41,460 nt of DNA from NCBI GenBank assembly GCA_043814015.1, contig JBDRKM010000069.1:1-41460 (forward strand), in the 5' to 3' direction. Positions 17,719-27,034 of this stretch are shown one piece after another. Origin of the DNA: Pseudomonadota bacterium. GTDB lineage: Bacteria > Myxococcota_A > UBA796 > JAFGLY01. The translations under genes and the position numbers were made by a program. The notes below the pieces were generated by a model that worked only from the letters and a program-made list of their open reading frames with translations, did not search any database and was not told the DNA's origin. Each line of letters begins with the position of its first letter. Positions within the stretch are counted from its first letter, which is position 1.

Positions 17719-20247
17719 CTACTCCTTGCTCTCCTCCTCCTTTTTCGGCTCCTCCTCCTCGTCGCGGTCGAGGTAGCCGAGCGCGTGCAGGGCCGAGGCG
17801 GTCTCGGGGTCGTAGCCGCCCAGCTCCCGGCCGCCCTCGGGGGGCTGCGGGGCGACGCCCCAGGTGAGGTTGAGCCGCCCGCCGGCGCTGACGGACAGCA
17901 GGCGATGGACACGGCCGTCCGCCTCCGGGACCTCCTCCTCCGGGTCCCAGCGGGCGGTGTCTTCGCTCTCACCCCGCCGCGCCGTGAGCACCAGGCCGGG
18001 CACCACCGCGCGAGGCTCCAGGAGCGGGGCCACGAAGACCTCGCGCACCCCCGAGTGCCCGCCGGCCCACACCACGTGGACCAGCTCGCCGTCCACGCGC
18101 ACCGCGGCCGCGGACTTCTCGGTGGGGTCGGCCCCCACCCACGCGGCGCGCACGCCGCCGGGGACCGTGAGATCCACCTCGAGATCGGCGCGCCCGCCGC
18201 CCCGATCGGGGCACAGCCGGAACAGGAGCCCCGCCGGCGTGCCCAGGGCCTGGCCCAGGGCCTCGCGCCGCGCTGGCAGCGCGTCCACGCGCTCGGCCTT
18301 CACCAGGTCGCGCTGCTCGCCAGGATCCGCGTCGAGATCGTACAGCTCCTCGCGCCCGCCCTCGGTGGCGTACTTGAGCTCGCGCTCCAGGACGCCCCAC
18401 TGCTCGTCGCCGTACAGGGGGCGGCCGTAGCCGAACAGGCGGGCCTCGGCGGCGGAGACGGCGCTGGGCTCGCCACGCACGAGGGGCAGCATGGAGCGCC
18501 CCGACAGGGCCTCGTCGCCCGCGATCCCCAGCAGCTCCAGCAGGGTGGGGGTGAGGTCCGTCAGGCTGACCGGCGCGGCCACCCGGCCGGCGGTGAGGCC
18601 TGGCGCGCGGATGGCCAGGGGGACGGCCAGCAGCTCCTCGTACAGGGTGTGGCCGTGCTCGAAGCCGTCGTGGTCCCAGAACTCCTCGCCGTGATCGGAG
18701 AACACCACGGCCACGTCGTCGGGCCCGAGCGACTCGAGCACCTCGGCCACCTGGTCGTCCACGTAGCGGATCGCGCCGTCGTAGCGGTCCACCACGTACT
18801 GGCGCGCGGCGGCGCGGCCCTTGCCCTTGGCGGCCCGGAGCACGTCGGTGCGCTGGAAGGCCCCCGTGAGCCCCTTGGGCGGGTCGGGGGCCCACAGCTT
18901 CCGGTAGCGGCGTGGCTCCGTGTAGGGCAGGTGGGTGTCCATCAGGTGCAGCATGACCAGGGCGCGCTGGTCGTCGTGCTCGTCCAGCCAGCGCTCGAGG
19001 CGCTCCACCTGCTCGGTGGCCCGCGGCCAGTTCTCCACGAAGTGGTGGCTCCAGCCATCCGCCATCTCGAAGTTGGCCGACAGGTAGACGTTTCCCACGA
19101 AGGCCGCGGTGGCCCAGCCGGCGGTGCCCAGCCGCTCGGGCAGGGAGGGGCGCACGCCCCAGAACTCGGGCTCCGCGCCCAGGAGCAGCGCGCGGCTGGT
19201 GGGCAGGGTCCAGGGGGCCGGCGAGCGGGCGTGATCGAAGACGACGGCCCCCGCGGCCCAGGCGTCGAGCTTCGGGGTGGTCGGGCGCTCGTAGCCGTGC
19301 CAGCCGACGTGATCGCGCCGGAGGGTGTCGATGAAGACGAGCACCACCCGCTGGGGGTGGGCCTCGGGGGTGTAGAGGCTGGGCTCGCCCACGAAGACAT
19401 AGTCGTAGCGGGGATCGTCCCCTGGATCGCTGACAAAGGAGAGCTCGACCTCGCGACCGGCCCAGGCGGACAGATCCACCCGTTCGGTATCGAAGCGCCC
19501 GGGCGCCACCGGGAAGGAGCCCGCCTCCCGCTCCTGGCCGCCCTCGGCCACCAGCACCCGCAGGCGCGCGCCTTCGGAGGGGGCCAGATCGGCCACCTCG
19601 GGCTCCAGCATGCCCAGCTCCATGGACAGCCGGCCGCGCTCCGGGACGGTGACGCGCCACGAGATGCGCCCGGGCGCGGGCAGCAGCACGCCCTCGCGGG
19701 CGGTGTGGTCCTGCCAGGCCGTGCGCAGCGCGAAGTCGGCGCCGGTGAGGCCCGACCAGCGCGGGTTCAGGCCCTCCTCGCGCTCCGTGGCGCGGGGGTA
19801 GACCAGCTCGAAGTCACCGGCCGCGGGCGGGGCTTCGCCGGCGGTGTGCACCTGCAGCACGCGGGCGGAGAAGGACCAGGTGCCCGCGCGGGGGTTGGTG
19901 CGGCCCTCGCGGTGGAAGGGGAGCGCCTTCTCCTCGCCGGCCCGGTGCAGGGTCATGCCGTCGGGCGGACGGATGAAGAACAGGGAGCGCAGGCGGGTGG
20001 GCTGGGGGGCCTCGAAGCTGCGCACCTCGGCGCCGCTGCGCCGGAGCTGGAAGGGCCCGGACAGGGGAATGCGCGTGGGCACGGGCTGGCCGCCGCGGGA
20101 GTCCTCCGGCAGGCTGAGCGCGCCGATCAGCTCGGGGTGGCGCGCCAGCAGCAGGGGTGGCTGCGCCGCGGGTGCGGACGACAGATCTTCCTCGCCGCAG
20201 GCCACCGCCAGCGACAGGGCGACCAGCGCGAGCAGCGGGCGGGGCAT
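17719..20247 (-). CDS. Sulfatase-fold (alkaline phosphatase superfamily) lipoprotein; Thr rather than Cys/Ser at the nucleophile position
   Basis: Lipobox LSLAVACG. The metal-binding block VLVFIDTLRRDHVG is read directly. The segment aligning to the sulfatase C/S-x-P-x-R signature reads TLPTSRALLLG, with Thr at the nucleophile position and a shifted Arg. Acidic C-terminal tail DRDEEEEPKKEEESKE. Confidence 0.65.
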   Translation of the reverse strand: MPRPLLALVALSLAVACGEEDLSSAPAAQPPLLLARHPELIGALSLPEDSRGGQPVPTRIPLSGPFQLRRSGAEVRSFEAPQPTRLRSLFFIRPPDGMTLHRAGEEKALPFHREGRTNPRAGTWSFSARVLQVHTAGEAPPAAGDFELVYPRATEREEGLNPRWSGLTGADFALRTAWQDHTAREGVLLPAPGRISWRVTVPERGRLSMELGMLEPEVADLAPSEGARLRVLVAEGGQEREAGSFPVAPGRFDTERVDLSAWAGREVELSFVSDPGDDPRYDYVFVGEPSLYTPEAHPQRVVLVFIDTLRRDHVGWHGYERPTTPKLDAWAAGAVVFDHARSPAPWTLPTSRALLLGAEPEFWGVRPSLPERLGTAGWATAAFVGNVYLSANFEMADGWSHHFVENWPRATEQVERLERWLDEHDDQRALVMLHLMDTHLPYTEPRRYRKLWAPDPPKGLTGAFQRTDVLRAAKGKGRAAARQYVVDRYDGAIRYVDDQVAEVLESLGPDDVAVVFSDHGEEFWDHDGFEHGHTLYEELLAVPLAIRAPGLTAGRVAAPVSLTDLTPTLLELLGIAGDEALSGRSMLPLVRGEPSAVSAAEARLFGYGRPLYGDEQWGVLERELKYATEGGREELYDLDADPGEQRDLVKAERVDALPARREALGQALGTPAGLLFRLCPDRGGGRADLEVDLTVPGGVRAAWVGADPTEKSAAAVRVDGELVHVVWAGGHSGVREVFVAPLLEPRAVVPGLVLTARRGESEDTARWDPEEEVPEADGRVHRLLSVSAGGRLNLTWGVAPQPPEGGRELGGYDPETASALHALGYLDRDEEEEPKKEEESKE

Positions 20248-20264
20248 CGAGCGAGCGGAGGGAC

Positions 20265-21626
20265 TCAGGCGCGCTGCCGCCGCCGGGAGATGGCCAGGCC
20301 GAGGCTGCTCAGCAGGCCCAGCAGGCCCAGGCCCACGGGTGCGGAGTTGCAGCCGCCGTCCTTGTCGGCCGTGGTGTCGATCTCCAGCTCGGCCGCGGCC
20401 ATGCCGCCCGGGCCGCCCACGTTGAGCAGCACACGGTAGGTGCCTTCATCGGGCAGGATGACCTTCGGCGACCAGGCGCTGAGCTCGTCCACCAGGGTCT
20501 CGCCCTGGTAGATCTGCCACAGGACGGTGTCGAGGCAGCCGTAGACCGAGGTGTCGGCGCGGTTGACCAGCTGGTACTCCAGCCCTTCGACGTGCTGGTA
20601 GGTGAACAGGCCGCCGAAGGCGTCGCCCGTCTCGGGATCGATGCCGGGGCCGGGCTCGGCGCAGGCCACCACGTAGGAGCGCTCGCGGTAGTCGAAGCTC
20701 CAGTCGTCGCAGGCTTCGGACGTGCCGTTGATGGTGACCACCACGGAGAACTGGCCCTGGTTCTCGTAGGTGTGGCAGGGCTCGAGCTCGGTGGAGGTGT
20801 CGCCGTCGCCGAAGGACCACAGGACGTCCGTGATCTCGGCGTTCTCACTGGCGTACAGATCGAAGCAGACCTCCATCGGGATGCCGCCGAAGCGCTCGTC
20901 GTCGGTGGAGAAGGTGGCGTAGGGCCCGTACAGGGCGTTGATGCCCGCGATATCGTCGGAGTTGATCTGGGCCTGGCCGAGATCGCAGGCGCCCGTCTGC
21001 CAGTACATGGTGGCGTAGCGCTTGGCCTCATCGGTGCAGACGTCGTCCTCCTCGCAGGAGTGGCCCATGCCCCATTGGTGGCCGATCTCGTGGGTCTGGA
21101 CGTGCTCGATCCCGAAGGACTCGCCCGTACAGCCCTCCTCGAGCTCCTCCGTCAGGCCCCAGTTGATGTTGTCGTTGAACGCGATGTCCACGTCGCCGAA
21201 GCGGTACAGGTACATGCCATCCTGCTCGCGCAGGAACTCGGAGGTCACCCGCGACAGGGCCGCGGCCAGCACGCCAGCGCCGAGGGTGGATGTGGGATCG
21301 TCGAAGTAGTACTTGTTGATCCCGTCGTTGGTGTAGCCCTCGTTGCCCTCGTCGATGCCGGCGAAGGCATCGCTGATCTCGGCGCAGTCGGCCTCGTACC
21401 AGTTCGCGTAGGACTCCGCGGTCATCGCGATCTGGTAGTCGCTGACGCTGTCGTAGCCGTACTGGGTGGCGTTCTCGAGGGAGTCCTCCTCGTAGTCGGT
21501 CATGTACCACTGCAGGGGGAAGTCCTCGGCGGACCAGGCGTAGCCCATCAGCTCGTAGGCTTCGGCGCGGGGCGCCAGCAGGGCAGCGACCAGGAGCAGG
21601 GCGCCAGGTGCGAAGACGCGGGTCAT
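20265..21626 (-). CDS. Secreted zinc metalloprotease (metzincin HExxHxxGxxH) with a PKD domain and a MYXO-CTERM-type sorting tail
   Basis: HEIGHQWGMGHS, the PKD signature WSFGDGDTS..HTY..G.FSVVVTING, and the C-terminus GGCNSAPVGLGLLGLLSSLGLAISRRRQRA (Cys, hydrophobic, Arg-rich). Start at internal ATG 21626; the upstream 235 codons of the ORF are Arg/Gly-rich artefact. Confidence 0.8.
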   Translation of the reverse strand: MTRVFAPGALLLVAALLAPRAEAYELMGYAWSAEDFPLQWYMTDYEEDSLENATQYGYDSVSDYQIAMTAESYANWYEADCAEISDAFAGIDEGNEGYTNDGINKYYFDDPTSTLGAGVLAAALSRVTSEFLREQDGMYLYRFGDVDIAFNDNINWGLTEELEEGCTGESFGIEHVQTHEIGHQWGMGHSCEEDDVCTDEAKRYATMYWQTGACDLGQAQINSDDIAGINALYGPYATFSTDDERFGGIPMEVCFDLYASENAEITDVLWSFGDGDTSTELEPCHTYENQGQFSVVVTINGTSEACDDWSFDYRERSYVVACAEPGPGIDPETGDAFGGLFTYQHVEGLEYQLVNRADTSVYGCLDTVLWQIYQGETLVDELSAWSPKVILPDEGTYRVLLNVGGPGGMAAAELEIDTTADKDGGCNSAPVGLGLLGLLSSLGLAISRRRQRA

Positions 21627-22258
21627 CGGGACACCTCCACCGAGGGGTGCATGGCGTGGAGGCGATCCAGGCTCTTGCCGGGGATGGGCTCGCCGTCCCA
21701 GCCCTGCCGCACGCGCTTCTCGACGCGCGCGACCATGTCGCTGAGCATGACCCGCTCGGCGGCCGGGGGATCGGGGATGAAGCGGTGGTCGTAGGGCTGC
21801 TCGGGGGCGGGGTTGAACTGCACGAGCAGCTCGCGCCCGGAGGCCGGGTCGATGCGCACCGTGTACTTGCCCTGCTTGAGCCCCGTGGGCACCAGCAGCC
21901 CGCTCTCCAGCCGCTCGGCGAAGACCAGGACATCCTCGCCCACGTCGAAGCGGGGGGATTCCCAGGAGACGGTGCCCTCGGTGCCCAGGAAGCCGCCCAT
22001 CACGTCCAGCCGGATGGCGTCCGTGTCGGCGGGGCCATCGAGGACCTGCTCGACCTCGATTTCCACGCGGGTCCAGTGGTAGCCGCGCTCGTCGCGGTCC
22101 ACCCACAGCTGCGCCACCGTGCCCCGCACGACATAGTCGGAGGCGTCGGTGAGCTGCTCCACCGTGAGCGGGAGGGTGGCGGCCTGCGCGGTGGAGGCCG
22201 CGAGCAGCCCCACAGCCATCAGGCTCGTCAGGAGACCACGTCGGAAGAACCCAGGCAT
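21623..22258 (-). CDS. Secreted hypothetical protein (signal peptide), translationally coupled to the metzincin
   Basis: Signal MPGFFRRGLLTSLMAVGLLAASTAQAA. The stop overlaps the metzincin ATG (ATGA at 21623-21626). No recognisable motifs. Confidence 0.55.
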   Translation of the reverse strand: MPGFFRRGLLTSLMAVGLLAASTAQAATLPLTVEQLTDASDYVVRGTVAQLWVDRDERGYHWTRVEIEVEQVLDGPADTDAIRLDVMGGFLGTEGTVSWESPRFDVGEDVLVFAERLESGLLVPTGLKQGKYTVRIDPASGRELLVQFNPAPEQPYDHRFIPDPPAAERVMLSDMVARVEKRVRQGWDGEPIPGKSLDRLHAMHPSVEVSR

Positions 22259-22490
22259 TCCTCACCTCGAATGTGCGGGATGGCGGGTCCCGCGGGGGGG
22301 GCGCAGCGCACCCTGTGAAGGATCGAGTCAACGCCTAACCTACGGACCGCACGCGGGCGCGTCAAGCGCGCGCCCGTCAGGTTGACTTTCCGCCCGAGGT
22401 CGCCTATGCGTGTCCTGTTCCGGTATCGGCGCCAGGTCTATGCCTGTTCCCCGAACCCCGACCTCCCCCTCCCCAGTCCCAAGGTCCGCG

Positions 22491-25241
22491 ATGATGCGCT
22501 CCATCGGATTCCCCCTCAGGCTCCTCCTTAGGGCCCTGCTGCTGCTCGCGCTCCTGGCCATCGTGCTTCCGTCAGCCGCGCTCGCCGGCATCACCACGGG
22601 CGCCATCAAGGGCACCACGGTGGACGAAGGGGGGCTGCCCATCCCGGGCGTCCTCCTCACCGTCAAGTCCGAGGCCCTCATCGGCGGTGCGCAGCAGCGC
22701 TACAGCGACGACTCCGGCCGCTTCACCTTCTTCGAGCTGCCCCCGGGTCCCTACGAGCTCACCGCCGAGAAGGCGGGCTTCTCGAAGATCGTGAAGCCGA
22801 ACCTGCGCATCGACATCGGGCGCACGGTCCAGCTCACCATCGAGATGCCCCTGGTGCAGGCCGGTGAGGAGATCGTGGTGGAGGAGAGCCGCCCCACCAT
22901 CGACACCGAGCAGACCTCCAAGGGCGAGGTCCTCTCCCGCGACTTCCTGCAGCGCATGCCCACGGGCCGCTCCTACCAGAGCGCCGTGCAGGCCGCGCCT
23001 GGCGTCACCGGGGGGGCCAACCCCAACGTGGCCGGCGCCGGGGCCGACGAGAACACCTACATGCTGGACGGCGTCAACATCACCGATCCGGTCACCGGCA
23101 CGTTCTCGATGAACTTCAACTTCGACGCCATCGAGCAGCTCGAGGTGCTCACCAACGCCCTCGATCCCGAGTACGGCGAGGGCCTGGGCGGCGTCATCAA
23201 CATCGTCACCCAGTCCGGCGGCAACCGGCTGGAGTTCGACTCCCGCGTGTGGGTCACCAACGGGAACTGGTCCCCGAAGATGGACGCCCGCTACGGCGCC
23301 GACGGCGTGGAGATCGCGCCCACCGACTTCGACTCCCAGTGGGAGCGCTACGAGATCAGCTCCAAGATCAGCGGCCCGATCATCCGCGACAAGGCCTGGT
23401 TCATCCTCTCCTACGAGTGGGCCCACACCCTCCGCAAGAACGTCGGCATCGACCTCCCGCGCGACTACGACGGGCACTACATCCTCGGCAAGGTCACCGT
23501 CCAGCCCAACGCCGGGCACCGCTTCACGGCCCTGATCCACACCGACCCCACCACCATCGACAACACCTACCAGTCGGATCGCTACGTGGCCCCCGAGGCC
23601 CAGGGTCGCCAGGCCCAGGGCGGCTACATCGGCTCGCTGCACTGGGACTGGTTCATCTCCCCCGAGACCATCCTCGAGACCAAGCTCACCACGCAGAAGT
23701 CCTACATCGAGGTCTACGGGGTGCCCTGCACCCACGACAAGAACCTCGGCTACCACCCCTGCGAGCCGGACGAGCTCGAGAACTCCCTGGACTTCCTCAC
23801 CCCGGGCCGGATGGGCAGCTACCACGCCTTCGACTCCGACAACTGGCCGTACTACTACTTCGACGACCGCTACCGCTACAACCTGACCAGCAAGCTCTCG
23901 GTGCTGCAGGTGGAGGCGGCCGGCCTGCACGACCTCAAGACCGGCGTCGAGCTCGACCGCACCATCTGGAACCAGATCATCGGCTACACCGGCAACATGT
24001 ACTTCTACGACCTCAACGAGGTCATGTACGCCCCCAGCACCTTCAAGAACTACTACTGGGTCGAGACCTCGGGCCCCTTCAACGTCCAGGCCGTCGGCGA
24101 TCACTTCGGCTGGTTCCTGCAGGACGCCTGGAAGCCCATCGACAACCTGACCTTCCGCTACGGCGTCCGCTACGACCACACCCAGCAGCGCGACGACCAG
24201 GGCAACGCCGCGGTGGACGCCGGCCTCTGGGGCCCGCGCATCTTCACGGCCTGGGATCCCTGGGGCAACGGCAAGACCGTCATCCGTGGCGGGTGGGGCC
24301 GCGTCAACGACACCGGCCGCCTGGCCGTGGCCAGCTTCTCCTCCCAGGCCAACACCTTCGGCAGCAAGCTGTTCCTCGGCGAGTACTTCGGCTCCTACAC
24401 CAACCAGGCCTCCGACCAGTACTCCTTCTACGACGGCGTGAACCGCGACTACGTCTGGGATGAGACCATCGCCCCCCACGCCGACGAGTTCGTCATCGGG
24501 GCCCAGCGCGAGATCGTCCAGGACATGGCCGTCGGCGCGAGCTTCATGGCCCGCTTCACCCGCAACGTCTACGACTACGACGAGGTCAACCTGATCTGGG
24601 CCGAAGACGGCTACTCCATCATCGGCACCGACGACGGCCAGTTCCGGGGCATCTACCGCCTGCGCACCGCCGACATCGCCCGCCGCGACTACTACCAGAC
24701 CGACGTGCAGTTCAAGAAGAACTACGCCGACCGCTGGCAGCTGCTGGCCACCTACTCCTACATCGTGTCCCGCGGCACCCTGCAGTCCGCGGTGTCCGGC
24801 TCGCTGACCAACCCCGAGCAGCTCGACTACCGCTACGGCAACCTCTGGACCGACATGCGGCACCAGGTCAAGGCCTACGGCTCGGTGGATCTGCCCTGGG
24901 ATCCCTGGACCACCCGGGTCGGCATGGGCATCCAGTACTACTCCGGGAACCCCTACACCCGGTACTACTACTCCGAGGCCTACGACAGCTACGGCCTGCT
25001 CAAGTCCAACCAGGGCACCTACACCCGCACCGAGGGCTGGTGGACATGGGACATCCAGGTCAGCCAGGCCATCCCGGTGCGCAAGGGCGAGCTCGAGCTC
25101 ACCGCCATGCTGGAGAACCTGACCAACAACCACCAGGCCACCAGCACCTCCTCCGGCTACGTCAGCTACTACAATCGTTGGGTCATCGCCGACCGCCAGG
25201 ATCCCCTCGGCGTCACCGTCGGCGCCCGCTACCACTTCTGA
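22491..25241 (+). CDS. TonB-dependent outer-membrane receptor, Oar-like (N-terminal carboxypeptidase-regulatory-like domain)
   Basis: Signal MMRSIGFPLRLLLRALLLLALLAIVLPSAALAG, then a CarbopepD_reg-like block (GTTVDEGGLPIPGVLLTVKS..SDDSGRFTFFELPPGPYELTAEKAGF). A plug-like region follows. Aromatic-rich beta-barrel repeats end in ...GARYHF (terminal Phe). Confidence 0.8.
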   Translation: MMRSIGFPLRLLLRALLLLALLAIVLPSAALAGITTGAIKGTTVDEGGLPIPGVLLTVKSEALIGGAQQRYSDDSGRFTFFELPPGPYELTAEKAGFSKIVKPNLRIDIGRTVQLTIEMPLVQAGEEIVVEESRPTIDTEQTSKGEVLSRDFLQRMPTGRSYQSAVQAAPGVTGGANPNVAGAGADENTYMLDGVNITDPVTGTFSMNFNFDAIEQLEVLTNALDPEYGEGLGGVINIVTQSGGNRLEFDSRVWVTNGNWSPKMDARYGADGVEIAPTDFDSQWERYEISSKISGPIIRDKAWFILSYEWAHTLRKNVGIDLPRDYDGHYILGKVTVQPNAGHRFTALIHTDPTTIDNTYQSDRYVAPEAQGRQAQGGYIGSLHWDWFISPETILETKLTTQKSYIEVYGVPCTHDKNLGYHPCEPDELENSLDFLTPGRMGSYHAFDSDNWPYYYFDDRYRYNLTSKLSVLQVEAAGLHDLKTGVELDRTIWNQIIGYTGNMYFYDLNEVMYAPSTFKNYYWVETSGPFNVQAVGDHFGWFLQDAWKPIDNLTFRYGVRYDHTQQRDDQGNAAVDAGLWGPRIFTAWDPWGNGKTVIRGGWGRVNDTGRLAVASFSSQANTFGSKLFLGEYFGSYTNQASDQYSFYDGVNRDYVWDETIAPHADEFVIGAQREIVQDMAVGASFMARFTRNVYDYDEVNLIWAEDGYSIIGTDDGQFRGIYRLRTADIARRDYYQTDVQFKKNYADRWQLLATYSYIVSRGTLQSAVSGSLTNPEQLDYRYGNLWTDMRHQVKAYGSVDLPWDPWTTRVGMGIQYYSGNPYTRYYYSEAYDSYGLLKSNQGTYTRTEGWWTWDIQVSQAIPVRKGELELTAMLENLTNNHQATSTSSGYVSYYNRWVIADRQDPLGVTVGARYHF

Positions 25242-25253
25242 CGGGGACAAAAG

Positions 25254-26168
25254 ATGCGATCCCTCCCCTTCCTGTTCCTGGGTGCGACCCTCGCCGGCTG
25301 CGGCTTCGACGAGAACCTCCCCGAGATCGACTTCGTCGGCCGCGTGATCGTGCCCAAGGCGGCCGCCACCCGCACGGTGGAGATCGACGGCGTCGAGACC
25401 GCGCTGACGGACATCCGCTTCATCGGCCCGGTCTGGCTGGGGGCATACCCCTCGATCACCACCGACACCTTCCCCTACCCGCACCCCGAGATGGGCCCGG
25501 TCATCGATCCGGCCTACCCCGGCAACACCTACCCCTACGGCGGCGGCTCGGTCGGGCGCTTCGGCTTCGCCTGCTTCGAGTCGGTGGCGTGCAGGGTCAC
25601 CACCGGCCGGTTCGAGAACTTCGACAAGATCATCGAGTACTTCGAGTGGTCTCCGGAGCCGGTGACCGATCAATACGGCGAGGCGGTCGAGTCGGCGACC
25701 TTCTACGAGCAGTACTGCCTCGACTACTTCTACGACACCGAGCTGTCCGAGCTGGACTTCCTGGCCGTCGCTGAGGACGGGAACGGGGAGTTCGTCCCCG
25801 ACCTCGACTTCGAGCAGATCACCTCGGATCACGAGCTGGCCAGCTACGGCGGCGAGGATCACGTGGGCGACTTCGTGGCCGACTTCCACATGAGCCACGT
25901 GGTCTACTACCAGGGCATGGCCATCTGGGGCTTCGTGGACAACCCCTCCCAGGAATTCACCTTCTCCACCTGCCGCGACGACATCTACGGTCCCGCTCGA
26001 AACGAGTACAACGAGTACTTCATGGCAGGCGGCCACCACCACGACATCCTGAACTACCCCAGCCTCTACATCATGGAGGGCGACTGGGTCGTCCGGGACG
26101 CCTGGCAGATGCAGTCCACCGACGACGAGCCCGTGCTCGTGCTCGGCTGCCCGGCCTCCGGCTGCTGA
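25254..26168 (+). CDS. Lipoprotein, acidic, Cys-containing, hypothetical
   Basis: Lipobox LFLGATLAGCG. 12 bp after the receptor stop. About 10 Cys, Asp/Glu/Tyr/Phe-rich. Confidence 0.55.
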   Translation: MRSLPFLFLGATLAGCGFDENLPEIDFVGRVIVPKAAATRTVEIDGVETALTDIRFIGPVWLGAYPSITTDTFPYPHPEMGPVIDPAYPGNTYPYGGGSVGRFGFACFESVACRVTTGRFENFDKIIEYFEWSPEPVTDQYGEAVESATFYEQYCLDYFYDTELSELDFLAVAEDGNGEFVPDLDFEQITSDHELASYGGEDHVGDFVADFHMSHVVYYQGMAIWGFVDNPSQEFTFSTCRDDIYGPARNEYNEYFMAGGHHHDILNYPSLYIMEGDWVVRDAWQMQSTDDEPVLVLGCPASGC

Positions 26169-26191
26169 CGGTACTGGAAAGGGAACCCACC

Positions 26192-27034
26192 ATGAAGCGC
26201 ACCTTCCTGCTCACCTCCCTTGCCCTGCTCTGCGCCTGCGACCGCAGCGGCACCGATCTGGTGCCCGTCCCCACCCCCGGGATCGACCCGGTCATCGAGC
26301 TCGGCGAGCTTCCGGTGATCGACGCCGACACCTGGGACGACGAGAGCCAGCGCGACAGCCTCATCACCTACGCGGCCATCGGCGCGCCCGAGCCCGGCGA
26401 GAAGTCTGGCGCCACCTTCACCTTCCGCGGCACGGGCAGCAAGGTCTGCCTCGTGGTCGACCCCGAGGCCGTGTTCTGGAACACCTCGGTGGCCATCCAG
26501 GGCCCCTCCGAGGCCTACTCCTGGCCCGACAACTACCTCGACGACGGCGATCTCGACATGATGGCCGGCTTCTCGGCCAACTACACCGGCTCCCCGGGTG
26601 TCGAGCTCGGCGACTTCTACGGCTTCTACACCGACAGCCTCGGGAACACGGTCGAGATCGAGTACAACCTCTGCGAGAGCGTGGACCGCTACGGCAACAC
26701 CCCCGCCTACGCCGGCCGCTCCACCCCCGAGTACTGCACCATCAACACCGAAGGCCGCGAGGGGATCGAGTACACCGTCCTGCTCAGGACCTTCTCGCTC
26801 CCCATCGACGACTCCGTGCTCACCTTCGCCACGGTGGTCAAAGAGGGCGGCTGCCGCAACATCGACGAGTGCACCCTGCGCAGTGAGTCCCGCGACGCCC
26901 ATGTCGAGGACGACGGCACGGTCACCACCGAGGTACGCGCGGGCTACGACGAGCTCGAGGACGCCTACTGCGCCGGTCAGATGTTCACCTACTGCTCCGA
27001 GAACCCAGACATGTGCGGGGAGCCGAGGGACTAG
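26192..27034 (+). CDS. Lipoprotein, acidic, Cys-containing, hypothetical
   Basis: Lipobox LTSLALLCACD. 23 bp after the previous gene. About 10 Cys. The stop overlaps the convergent gene's stop in a palindromic CTAG (27031-27034). Confidence 0.55.
   Translation: MKRTFLLTSLALLCACDRSGTDLVPVPTPGIDPVIELGELPVIDADTWDDESQRDSLITYAAIGAPEPGEKSGATFTFRGTGSKVCLVVDPEAVFWNTSVAIQGPSEAYSWPDNYLDDGDLDMMAGFSANYTGSPGVELGDFYGFYTDSLGNTVEIEYNLCESVDRYGNTPAYAGRSTPEYCTINTEGREGIEYTVLLRTFSLPIDDSVLTFATVVKEGGCRNIDECTLRSESRDAHVEDDGTVTTEVRAGYDELEDAYCAGQMFTYCSENPDMCGEPRD

Noticed and set aside
17785-20439. 884-aa plus-strand ORF
   Set aside because: Antisense to the sulfatase-fold lipoprotein. Low-complexity Gly/Ala/Arg/His composition and no motifs.
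22572-26042. 1156-aa ORF on the minus strand, the largest in the track
   Set aside because: It is antisense to the TonB-dependent receptor. Its translation is a monotonous Gly/Val/Ala/Asp/His/Glu repeat with no motifs, while the plus-strand product has a signal peptide, recognisable domains and a beta-barrel terminal Phe. It is an artefact of GC-rich antisense frames.
27031-27034. Palindromic CTAG shared by the stop codons of two convergent genes
   Set aside because: Convergent 4-bp stop-codon overlaps are common in compact GC-rich genomes. There is no further evidence of function.
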